From positions 71,486,001 through 71,550,000 of the forward strand of contig NW_024704744.1 of assembly GCF_018977255.1 (NCBI RefSeq): a stretch of DNA of 64,000 bases, read 5' to 3'. Positions 40,030 to 51,790 of this stretch are shown one piece after another (within the stretch, counting starts at the first letter, position 1; the number at the start of each line of letters is the position of its first letter). The notes beneath the pieces are model-generated. The model was given only the letters and a program-made list of their open reading frames with translations, had not been told where the DNA came from and did no database searches. Source of the DNA: Callorhinchus milii (Eukaryota). The position numbers and the translations under genes were made by a program.

Positions 40030-40591
40030 GGGTTCTGGCGAGATGTTGGGCAAGTTTTCTTACTCCACATAACTCTGTTTACATAACATAACATGCAGGA
40101 GTAGGCCATTTGGCCCTTCGAGCCTGCCTCGCCATTCAATCATGGCTGATCTTCTAATCTAACTCTAACCCTGCCTTATCCCCATATCCCTTAATCCCTT
40201 TTGCAATAAGAAATATATCTATCTCAGTCTTGAATATGTTCAAGGACTGAGCGTCAACAGCCCTTTGAGGTAGCGAGTTCCATACATTCACCACCCTAGT
40301 AATACATGGGACCTGGTTGTTAGTCGATTGGTAGATTGCTTTTCCGAGAGCAATAATTCCTTTATATAAAAAAATGATAATTTGTCATTCAATCCATGAC
40401 TGTTTGTAGGACACTGCTGTGCACAATTGGCTGCCTTGGGCGAACAGTCCCAAATTATTATTATTTTTTCTTGAGGGATTATTATCAGGCGTGTGGAGTA
40501 AGGAAACTTGCCCAAGGTTTTGTCCTGCCAGGAATCAAACCCAGCTCTCTCGCTTGTGAGGCGAGTGCTCTAACCACTGGGCTACAGGACT
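40030..40591. mobile_element. Inverted SINE pair (+ copy about 40030-40440, interrupted by CR1; - copy about 40445-40591)
   Basis: gggcaagttttcttactccaca (about 40048) versus tgtggagtaaggaaacttgccc (about 40492). Confidence 0.8.
40081..40297 (-). mobile_element. 5'-truncated CR1 3' end, same family as 52178-55115, inserted into a SINE
   Basis: Near-identical to about 52178-52408 (gtaggccatt...cccttcgagcctgcc...ttccatacattcaccaccct). Confidence 0.9.
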
Positions 40592-43500
40592 TTACAATCT
40601 TAAGCACTTGCATAACAGTAAGTGTTAAATGGTGAAAAACGACACTTGGATTTGAACAATTAGCTTTTACAGTTGTGAAAATGTGAGAATATTGTCTTCC
40701 TCCTATAGTCTATTATTACCTTTAGCTCAAATGATGGTTGATCCCTTGCTAGGTCACAGATTCTGCATTCAAGTCCCAAATTGGTGCTTGAGTTGCACAC
40801 AGGCTGACACAGCAGTGCAGTGTGGGGAAGGCATTGTCATAAATACCGTACTTCAGATGAGAAATTAAATTGAGGTTTCACACTCTTTTGCTGTTCCCGA
40901 GGATTTATTCAATTTTCACTCTTGCTTTTGCTTACACTGTATGGAAAGCACTGCACAATAATAATCCTTGTACTTGGTATAGCGCCTTTCATATTGGGAG
41001 GACATCTCAAAGCACTTAACAGGACATACTGTAAAGCACAATATCTGAATTTTGTGAGAGAACACAATGGCTAATTCGTGTACAGCAAAGTCCATTTAGG
41101 TTACTGACTTTTATTTAACAATGTCAGTTGAACAGCTCTTGCCATTTGATGGGGTTGGTAAGATTGGTTCCTTCGGCCTAATATCAGCTGAGAGCTCATA
41201 ACTAGAAGACTTCTCAAAATATATTAAACTGGAATTGTGTGAAAGATTGACATAATGTATTTTGGATTAAAACCTGTGCCATCTCTTGATATCTTATAAA
41301 TGCTTAGTTTTTTTTTAATATTTCTCTATGGTGCAATTGCTATTTTTCCTCCTTGCCCCCCCACCAGAAGATGTGAGGAAGTGAGCTGGCAGTTGGTCAA
41401 AAGTATTCAAGCTGCAATTTCCTATAGACTACGGGAGGGAGAGGATCAAACTCAATGTACCGTTTATGTTCTTGAACATTTTTTCTCTCCTTGCGTCCGC
41501 TGGTCATTTGTTGACCAAAGACAGCCGGACGTCTTGCTTAGTGCCTTTCCATTTTCCTCCTCTTTCTCTTCTCCCAGCCTTGTTTAGCCTCTAGTTTCTT
41601 TAGTTTTGCAGAAATAGATTGGGAGCCTTTCATGTAGCATTGGGTTGCACCATTCCACGATGTCTTACATTGAACGTGTATATGTCTGTGTGCCTGTGCA
41701 CGCATACATTGGTAAAACTCTGCACTTCCAACTGGTGGAACACTGCTCAATGGACCGGGAATGTGTATCTTGGCTCCAGGCATGAAGGACGGTGGCAGTC
41801 CTCTTGCACATTTTAGGCTTAGTTGTGTTCTCACTGGGAAGCTTGCAGGGAATCCCTGATGCTTTCTAGCAAGGATGCAGCCCTGCGCTTATCGGATGTC
41901 TAATGACCAACTAGTGAGTATCCTAGGGAGGGGTGGGAAGTGAGGAGTTCTCATTCCTGAGCTGAGGCTGGGGGTTGGGTAGGATTCCAAGGTTCTCTTA
42001 ATCGCTGAATGCTCAGATGTCTTTGTCTGCAAGACTGGAGGAGCAAACCGGGGGCGGGGATTTTCCCCCTCCCATTCAGCTGATGCTCCTGTTAGCCCTG
42101 AAAGCTAAAAATCTTAGCTAAAAAGACAAGCAGTGGGAAGCTGCAGTTTTAAACTCCAGCAGTACCCAATACGCACTGTGGTCCCTAAGCCTTGGCTATT
42201 GCCATCCTTTGCCTATAGTTTCTGGGAATGTGGCACGAAGCACGCTCCTACAAGGAGATGATGTGTACTCCGTTCCAGATCAGTGGACATTTCCTTGCGT
42301 GCATGGAACATTCAACATTCAACTTAGATAATCTTAAGTATGGTAATGAGTTTCTGTTTGTCGAGCCACGGAAAGGCAGATCACTCTATTCTCACCTTGT
42401 AGGAAATGATGGCTCAGTCCCACATGCATAGAACAATGCATTTTCGTCAGTAATTGAATTGAAAAATGATTATGTAACTTTGCAATAACTACTTCCTCTT
42501 GAGCTCAACCCCTGCAAAATGCAAACGCTAAAATTGTTTATGCAGAATACAAAGTCTCTCTTTCTGCCCAAACTTGTATCTATGTAGCAAATGCACCATT
42601 TCTACTAATCTGGTCCTTAATAATAATCCTTAGGTTTGGTATAGTGCCTTATCATGTTGAGACATCTCAAAGCGAAATGTGGCAGCCGATTGCACACAGC
42701 GAAGTCCCATCGACAGCAACAGAGCGAGCAATTTTATTTGGGAGATTATCGGCCAGGACACCAAGAGACAAAAAATGTCCTTCTCTTTTCGAATTGTTCT
42801 TTTCCTGCGTTTGCTTCAAATGCCACACACTTATGCAGTGCAGTCACTTTACAGTATATCTTGTGAAGCAATTTGAAACATCCTCTCAACTTGAACGGTG
42901 CTAAATCGGATGCAAGGATTATTATTTCCCAACCTGCCCTCCAGTACCTTGCCTGAGTAGCTATTCTGTGTTTGAATGCTCCAAGTCGAGTACTGGCCAA
43001 ATTTGACTTTGAGAGCTGATATAGTATAAATTTACATTTATATAGTGGCTTTCACATCAGGAGGACATCTCAAGGTAGCCCAACATGTGTATCCTTCTTG
43101 CAGGTCTTTTCAAGGCAGGCAGGCATGTTGAGCTAGAATGTGTTGATCTGCAGCTTCATAAACCTTTGACAATATGGTTAGATAATGGCATCGTGGAGCC
43201 CTTTTATAGGATGAATATCAGTGGATATAATGCACCGTGGAACTGTGTGCAAACGGGGACAACTTGTCATGAGAAATTTACACAGAATTTTTTTTAGAGT
43301 CACTCTGGGTCCTGGTATTTGCGTCTTTGACTTTCATTGAAGTGTTTGAGAGCCGGACTGATCAGCCACTTCAGGCTGATTGTTGGCGGTTGTTTGTCGC
43401 ACGAAGAGGCTACTTGTAGTTTAAATTTCAATGTATTTGTACATCTATTTTAAAACAGCGAGTTGATTTAGTGTCTGATTACAGGGCTTGCGCAAAATGA

Positions 43501-44082
43501 AAGCGTTGCAGTGTGTGGATCTTTATATATAATATTCACATTTGTATCGTACTTAAATATACACATTCGTAACTTTTTTAACCAAAAGCCGCATAGACTT
43601 GTTTCCTTTGACCCATGCGTGTGGTTCTGTCTTACTTCACCATCTGCGTGCTGCCTTTTTAACTTGATGATCATTCCTCTGAAGATGGAGAAATTAGAAC
43701 AGGACTAAAATTGAGAAGCAAGGGAGGGAAGCTGGAACTAGACTATGAAATCGGATTTTTCTTTCCCGCTTAATAGTAAGCGGGTAAATGTCGCATCTCT
43801 AGAACACTTTTTTTTTAAACATTGAATGAGTGCAAACTGGTCTGCACAGTCTCTTTTGTGGCTTTGACTTGGGTGGCAGCCGGGCAGGGGCCAACACTTC
43901 CTGTTACCAAGAGAGGCTTCAGGTGGTCAATTGATGGAGTGGGTCTGGTAGTCTTCAGAGTTCTTGTTTTGTTTTGTTCCACGCTTGCTTTTTTTCAACA
44001 CAGACCGTGTGGTCGGTGTCTGCTCTTTTCCAGCTATGTTGCGACAGTATGGCTGCAGTGTACAGAATTATATTCTTTGAGT

Positions 44083-44266
44083 AGTCCTGTAGCTCAGTGG
44101 TTAGAGCGCTCGCCTCGCAAGCGAGAGACCTGGGTTTGATTCCTGCAGGGCGAAATGTTGGGCAAGTTTCCTTACTCCACACGCCTCTGTTTACCCTGCA
44201 GTAAGTAGGAATTTGGCAGATCGCTTTTCTGGGGGTAATAATTCCTTCATAAAAAAACAATAATAA
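44083..44266 (+). mobile_element. tRNA-derived SINE 5' half (A and B boxes)
   Basis: agtcctgtagctcagtggttagagcg...gggtttgattcc...gggcaagtttccttactccacac. Confidence 0.88.
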
Positions 44267-44772
44267 AGGCTGCAGATAATCCAGAACTCTGCAGCCCGTG
44301 TCCTCTCCCGCACTGGGCTCCGTGACCCTATCACCCCCATCCTCGCCCCACTCCATTGGATTCCCATCACATAGGGGATACAGTTCAAGATCCTGGTCCT
44401 CACCTTCAAAGCCTTCCATGGTCTTGCTCGCCCTTATCTCTGTGACCTCCTAAACCCCTACCACCCTACTTGCTCCCTCAGCTCAGCGGGCTCTGGCCTG
44501 CTTCACGTCCCCCCACTCACTCGCCCCACTATTGGCGGGTGGGCCTTCAGCCACTCTGCCCCCGCCCTCTGGAACTCCATCCTGCAGTCCCTCTGCCTTG
44601 CCCCTTCCCTTGCCTCCTTCCAAGACCCATCTCAAGACCCTCCTCTTCAACCGTGTTTTTGATCACCCACCTTTCCCCCCCCCCCCCCGCCCTCCACCCT
44701 TCCCGATCCCTGACTGTCCAACGTATGTCCTCCCGATGTGAAAGGCGCTATACAAATGTAATTTTGTTGTTA
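44267..44772 (+). mobile_element. L2 3' fragment fused directly to a SINE 5' half
   Basis: High similarity to 22818-23335. Confidence 0.88.
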
Positions 44773-45334
44773 TATGGTGTAATGCACAATGTAATATAAT
44801 CTATCCGATTTTGATCCCTTAAATTGTATTCCAGCTTTCTTTGTACTAGACCTTGGGTTACCTGCTTCTTCACGCAGAACTATAAAAAGTCTAGGACAAA
44901 GGAAAGGTTAGCTGCAGCTTTAAAATTAATGAGCTGGTGTAATTTATCAAGACACTCGAAACTACTGTTGAGCTTGTCTCATCCATTGGAATAATTTCTG
45001 TATTTGCATATCTTCAGGTTTGTTGTACCTTTATGGTGTTTACTTCCAGATAATATGATATGCTTATTTCATTCTGCATTTTTTATGTCAATAAAACTCC
45101 GGGGGAGTTTTGATGACACAAACCGTATGAATTGATGCCCAAAACACCATATAAATTCGGCAGCATACAATAGCAGCTATTGGTGTTTTTGCTATGGCAT
45201 CGATTTGCACTTTTCTATTTTAAATGCCGGTAGAATGAATCAATTCAGTATCCACACAAAAAAAATCCTTTACAAGTTCCAAAGGACTGCTTACAATGGG
45301 CTGAGGTTAAGTTCTGAGATAAGAATCATATCGA

Positions 45335-45619
45335 GTCGGTAGCTAATAGCTGTTTATTTCGCCTCATAGATCTGGGTTCAATTCCCGGGCAAAGAGAAAC
45401 CTTGGGCAAGTTTCCTTAGTCCACATGCCTGATAATCCCTCAAGAAACCAAAACAATAATAATTTGGTCACTCAATTCACAACACTGCTGTGCACAATTG
45501 GCTGCCGCATTTCGCCCACAAAAAATATACGGTCAATTCACTTTACAATATATTCTGTGAAGCGCTTTGAGACGTTGTGAAGACGTGATAAGGCGCTGTA
45601 TCAAATCAAGGATTATTAA
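45335..45619 (+). mobile_element. tRNA/Deu SINE
   Basis: B box ggttcaattcc, core and tail. Confidence 0.85.
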
Positions 45620-46297
45620 TGGCTGCAAGTCACAGCAACGTGAGGGGTGGCTGTGCTGAGGAGATGCTTGTGGATTTAAATCCCAATCCCAGTTTGAGGA
45701 GGCTTGCAAGAGATGGTCACTGATTCTTCCATCTAGTGCTGAGACAAGTGGCGTGACCTGACCTTGGGTGATTGATTAAAACAGGGGATGAAAATGTACT
45801 TGATACAATTGCAATAGTTATTGGAAAAACTAGGGAAGCTGGAAATCTAGAATCCAAATGAAAAATGCTGGGACTTGATGGCACAGCTAGACAGTGGAGC
45901 TTAGTTCACCTATCTTTAGGTGCTGATTGTTTCCTTTTTTAAAACTATTTGCAGCAACGTATTTGGACACGCAGGCTACCTGGTACTGCTGGCCTTATAA
46001 ACCAATGTCTACAGTGGTGTAAGGCTCACCAGACTTGCTTACCCAATACATGATTAGCTAGCCTGATCATGGTCTGTTTGTAAATCCTATAATAAAAGGC
46101 TCGATTAAAGTGTTACTTTCTGATCGATGCAACTGAAGAGTTCTGCATTAAACTTTTCCCAGATTTTTAAGATCGACAACCATCTCCCTTGCCAGATATA
46201 AGGTTCAAATATCAAAATGAATGCCTTCATGAGTACCTACAGTAATTGCAGAATAAAAATGTGCGTTGTGCTGATGGAGCTTATTTCCGTTGTTTAG

Positions 46298-46416
46298 GAA
46301 CATGCTGATGACCGGTACAAGACCTCGCCTTCCCTTGTGGTCCATGTCAGGGGTCTCTGCGATGGTGTCGTTGAAGCAGATTTAGTGGAGTCTGTCGAGA
46401 GGTTTGGACCCATAAG
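46298..46416 (+). CDS. hnRNP L-family gene (HNRNPL/HNRNPLL-like) exon 2, RRM1 start (EHADDRYKTSPSLVVHVRGLCDGVVEADLVESVERFGPIS)
   Basis: tgtttag| acceptor, AG|gtaagt donor, 119 nt. Confidence 0.93.
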
Positions 46417-46639
46417 GTAAGTGAGTCACTTGTGAATTGTTGCTTATCTGAGTTGCTGGTTTTGGGTCAGTGAGGTGTCGGCTGCAATTTGTTGGATTTT
46501 TTCTAATGCTGATTCTTGATGGTAACCTAATAACCTTATAAGATCACAAGATTGTTTGGGGTGAAGAATGCACCCAATGTCATCCCTCCAGAATACCACG
46601 CTGCTATTTCTATCCCCCACCCCCATCACAACATCAAGC

Positions 46640-47040
46640 TACTTTTTAAACTAGTCCAGCATCCTCGCTTCAACCACCCTTTGTTCCAGTCATTAATTGC
46701 CCTCTGGGTAAAGAAAAACTTCATGGTATCTGTCTTAAAGCTGCCTTTGCAACTCTAATCTCAATGGATTGTTCTGGGTTTAAAATGTACACCTCTGAGG
46801 TCCCCTCTGACTCTTCTCTCAAGACTGAAGATCCCTACTTTTCTAGTTGTTGCTCATTCCTTGAACACTGGGGATCATCCTTGGTGCTCTCCTCTACCTC
46901 TAGGCCCTGGACAGCCCCCTTATGTTACAGTGACCAGGGCTGTACACAGTACTCTGTGTGGTCTGACCAGAACACTGTACAACCTGAGTGACATTTGGAG
47001 ATATAAACAGCGATTTAGCAATGTAGCCCAGCAGCCAGCT
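46640..47040 (-). mobile_element. Old CR1 fragment
   Basis: ccagtcattaattgccctctgggtaaagaaaaac and cagtactctgtgtggtctgaccag resemble the CR1 ORF2 end. Confidence 0.6.
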
Positions 47041-48942
47041 GGCTGTATTTATGGGCATATAACTGAGCCAATGTCTCAGTTGGACCCATCCAGTGAGATT
47101 TCCCTGTGGTATAATGGGTGGTGAGCACCCCATGTTATAGATCAGCATAGAATAACCTCATGCTGTTCTCCAGCTCAATGCAGGCTACAAACCAGGCTAC
47201 AAATATATCCACCCAATTGGTCTGTGTGGGATACATGTTTTGCTGAACTTAATAGTTCTTCTCTTGGGTGAATAGGATCTCTGCATGTGAGGTTTGTAGG
47301 TTTATTCAAATGTTGTCTGTAGAAAACTTAATCCACCTTGAAATGATCAATTTTTCAGCAAGATAATGGAGTGTGGTTTGCTATAAAGAAGGCACCCTAT
47401 CCTGCAGTATCAGCCAGTAAATACCAATGCCACATCTGCTTAATAGTGTTGCATTGCAAGTGGGAATCTATTCATATTCACTACGCTATGATAGGTCAGT
47501 AAATCAGCCATATTCTGTATGGAATAGAAACGAAAATTGTCAAATCTTAAAAAAAAAGACTATCCTCGTGCACCATATCCGAACAATCTGCTGGGAGTTG
47601 CAGCTGAACTGCTTCTGTGGTTTGAGATAAGGGTTAAACTATTCGAACTTCAGTTTCCCAGTTTGATGATCCTTTAACTCTTGTGGCCCCATAAACCATT
47701 ACAGACTTCAATCTGCAGCTGCAGTATCAGATATTTTGGTGTAAAACACTCTTTACTTGCAAAGCATAGATAGGTGGAAATCCAGAAAAGCTCAAACAAG
47801 TGGATATAAAATATTCTATTCAAAAACGGAAAGGAGTTTCTCCAGGTGTCCAGGCCAACAATTTCTTCTCCCTTCTCTCCCCACCTCCACCCAATAAGAT
47901 TGGTCATTCACTTCATGGCTGTTTGTGGGACGTTAACGGGAGAATATTGATGTGTGTAAATGTACTGCCTCGTTCAACTATAAATACAGTGGCTACACTC
48001 CACAATAAATCCTGTAAAATACTTTGAGGCATTTCAATGCGATGAGGTACCCCATCAATTGCAAGTATTTTAAATAATAGTATTCAAATTTGCCAAATTG
48101 ATTATAAGAGTCACAGTTTACCCAAAGCTGTGACAACTGACCTGATGGTTTAAGCTGATTCCCTTGTAGGGTTTCATGCTTGTTGCATCAGGTACTGGTC
48201 CAAATAATTTAACCCACAACAGCAACTTGCATTTATGTAGTGCCCCTCATGCAGGGTAGCGTCTCAGAACTCTCAACGGGTAGGAGCCTAATGCCGAGCC
48301 AGGAGGGAGGTGGTGACAGGAAACACGGTCGAATAAACTAGTAGTATGTTCTTGTAACACAGAAATGCAAACTGACATCTATACTGTAACGTGTAATTAA
48401 AATTACAATTTAAGGCTCTGATTAATTTATTAAACATCACTTCTTGCTGTCTATAGAAATTATTCCTTTCACAAGATAAAGATTGCTATACTGCTATTTA
48501 ACAATTGTGGTTGGATAAAACACTGCAATGGTTTCCCCAGTTTTGCAGGATTCGGTTCTATTTTTGGGTCATTATTTGGACTTTTATTTTAAATTACAAA
48601 TCGGGCTCTTCCTCTTTCATATATTTTGGGCCGTTAAACCTACATACAAAGTCTAAACAAGTACAAAGCATGACCATTATCTCTGATTATTTTTGGAAGA
48701 CACTTCCTTTTAATATGAAACCGGCTCTCTTTTGTTATAGTCATCTTCAACCAGAAGCTGCAAAGAATTTGGCTTGCTCCGTTCAACAAAAACTTGTTAA
48801 ATGGCTGGCGGGGGCAGAATGAGGAAGAGGCTACAGTCCAAACTTAACTCTACATAATTGTGCAAATGTATTGCTAAATACTGTTACTTATTCCAAAGAA
48901 ATGTTTAGATCCAAGTGGTTATAACTATTGTTTTTGTTGTAG

Positions 48943-49180
48943 CTATGTGATGATGTTGCCAAACAAACGACAAGCACTGGTAGAGTTTGAAGATTTGGAT
49001 AGCTCCCAGAGCTGCGTTACCTATTCAAAACGTCGGGTTATCAACGTCTCGGGATTTCCTGCGTTTTTTAACTTCTCCACCAGCCAGAGGATCACTCGCC
49101 CCGGGGGTGCCGAAGACCCCAAGAACGTCAACAACGTCCTCTTTTTAGCCATTCAGAATCCACTCTATCCAATTACCACG
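48943..49180 (+). CDS. hnRNP L-family exon 3 (YVMMLPNKRQALVEFED...IQNPLYPITT)
   Basis: 238 nt, canonical AG/GT, phase-consistent. Confidence 0.95.
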
Positions 49181-51704
49181 GTATGTTCATTCACGGTGAA
49201 TAGTTCTACGTTTGCCAAACTTGTGTGCTGGTTTCGCTTGTGAACTGCGTGGTTTGGACCCAATCGTACATTGTCTCTGAGGCCACATTGTGAAGTGAAA
49301 CTCGAACGGCTGATTATACCAGAAAATATGCCCCCTTTTCCAGCTGTAGAATGAGTTTGAAGCGGGGAACTGGATTTATACTTCCAGAGCTTGTTATGGA
49401 CTAGCTCTGCCTGTCTGCTCAGTGCTCAGTCACTTGTGTTAGGTTTTTAAATATTGTTGAAAGTGGTGTTTTGAGGCCATCAAAAAATTGTTAAAGACGG
49501 TTTGTGAACAGGCCTGAATTTTTTTGTGTGTGTTGCCTGCATTTCTACTCCAGTGTTGTAAATCAACACCTGGTGAAACCACCTTCTTGCAGCTGGCCTC
49601 CAACTGCACTATATTGTGACCACTCAACTCATCCAGTTTAAACTGTATTATCAGTATGTTGAACAAGCTAAACTAAGCTTAACCAAGTGTTGTCAAAGTT
49701 TGCTTTTATTTATACGATGATGGTAAGGATTCAACTCCTATGGCAATCATGATCGGGCATTTCCAGATCACGTAGCAGAAGTTTTATTTGCTTCAGAGCT
49801 TGTGTACAGGTACAGAATCTTTGCACAGTTTTATATTTTCTAATATTTTAACCATGATGAGTTCCTAGATACTCGATTTCACGCTACAAAAGCTCGCCTC
49901 GTTATACCAGTAAGTGGAGTAGAACTTATCCATGCGTTATAGATTCAGACCAATATTACTGCTCAATGCTGCTGTTCTGGTGCAGCAACGTTCTTTCGTA
50001 ATCATGTGCTGTGCAAGCTGCACGAGCTGTTAGTACCTTTTATAGCCCTGGCTCTTGAGCGAGATGTTGTGTGTGCCCATCTATGAAGGGGAATTGTCAA
50101 CTTATGGAAGAGCATTGAGATGTAAACTAGTAAAACCTAACATTTATTAAATTACATTTTAAGCATCTTTAAGAAGGGCGGTCATTTCTGAAACATTGGA
50201 AAAATGCCTTTTAAATGACTTAATGGTATTTAATTTATATTTGTAAAAGAGCATATGGTTCTATCTCAGGCTTACGATGCATTCAGAAACTGCAAACTTC
50301 TGCATTTCCGAGCATCTTCTTGATACCCTTTCCACAGATATTTCTATTTTGGTTCAGTAATTCTTTAATTAATTCTGTGGTTCCTGGAGTATTCAGAATA
50401 TGGGTAAAACTGTTATTTGCCTGTTTAAATTCAGTTTTAACTAAAGAGTTCATTGAAATCTACAACCTTTTCCTGTGGCGGATTCCAAATGAAAATGTTG
50501 CTTCATCATTGGAAAACGTTATGATTGAGAGTTTTTTTTAAAAACAAGTTAAGCAAATGCTTAACTCTGAATTAACTATACAATATGTCCAAGAACAGTT
50601 TGCATTTATATAGCATGAAGGGTGCTACATAAATGCAACTTGTTGTCCTTCCTGCAGAGTAGCACCTCAGAGCACTTATCAGCGACGGAGCTTGATGCCA
50701 AGCCAGAAAGAGAGGGGAGGTACTGTCGGAGTGTCTTTGCCCGCTACTGAACTGAGCACAGACCCTCCTTTAATTGAGAACAAGATGCTGTCAATTTAAT
50801 ACTTGCAAAACAAATTGAGCGTTTTGGGCTGGAAACATCCGAAAGAGATGCCGAGCATTTTAAAAAAAAGTCTACTGTACAAGTGCAATTCACAGCTGTG
50901 TTCCTGCAGCTTTCTTGGTTGATATTTAGAGCATCTTTAAGAAGGGTGGGCACATCTCAAATGCCTTTTAAGTGACTTGATGGAGTTAAAAATGTGGCAT
51001 TTGTTATAAACACAATTGGGGTTGATGTAGCGGGTTGGAACAGATCTGCATGTTGCAGAGTTTGCATTTTGTTGACCTTGGCAGGGAACAGGCTGTGGTA
51101 TAGCTACGTCAGCTTCATCTCGTCTTTTTCTTGCTCGAACCTGTTGTGCGCAGCCGGCCACCTCCGCTGAGGAAATAGGGACATGTTTCGATATGAATGC
51201 GCTGACTTGCCTTTCTTTCACGCTTATAAGGGATAGTGACGACAGCAGGTTCTGTTTGAGGCTGAGGTGCAGGGACCTGCAAGAGGGAGAATTTTTAGAG
51301 CCAATGGTGCAGTCGCTGGACTGTACAGTTGCTTGTATAGATTGTAAAATTGTGTTCTTCCTCTTCATACACTGTGCCTCTCCCTGCACGTGGCGCTAAT
51401 AATAATTATTTTGTACAATTGCGTTGGCACCTTTCATGGATGGGGCCTGTTTTCAGGCTGCAGTCCGGTAGAGATTACATTTTAAATTTGTTGTGAGTAT
51501 CTTGGCTTCACTCAATTTATTAAAAAAAAATCCACTGTATAAAGATGTGTAAGCTGATGTGGCTTCACTTGGGATTCTTGCTAGTCATCAAGAAATGACG
51601 CAGCCCACCTGTACAATTTTTGCTCTGTGTCTGTACCACCTGATCTCATTGTTTTTTTAAAAAAAACGTGCACCTGTCACATTAAACTTTCTGTCTCATT
51701 TCAG

Positions 51705-51790
51705 GATGTTTTGTACACTATCTGCAACACATGTGGTCCAGTCCTGCGCATTGTAATATTCAAGAAGAATGGTGTGCAAGCAATGGTTGA
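51705..51790 (+). CDS. hnRNP L-family exon 4 (DVLYTICNTCGPVLRIVIFKKNGVQAMVE)
   Basis: 86 nt; ends at the U12 donor ATATCCTTT. Confidence 0.95.

Noticed and set aside
44083-44155. tRNA genes (also at about 21255-21326 and 61040-61104)
   Set aside because: They run directly into SINE bodies, so they are SINE heads.
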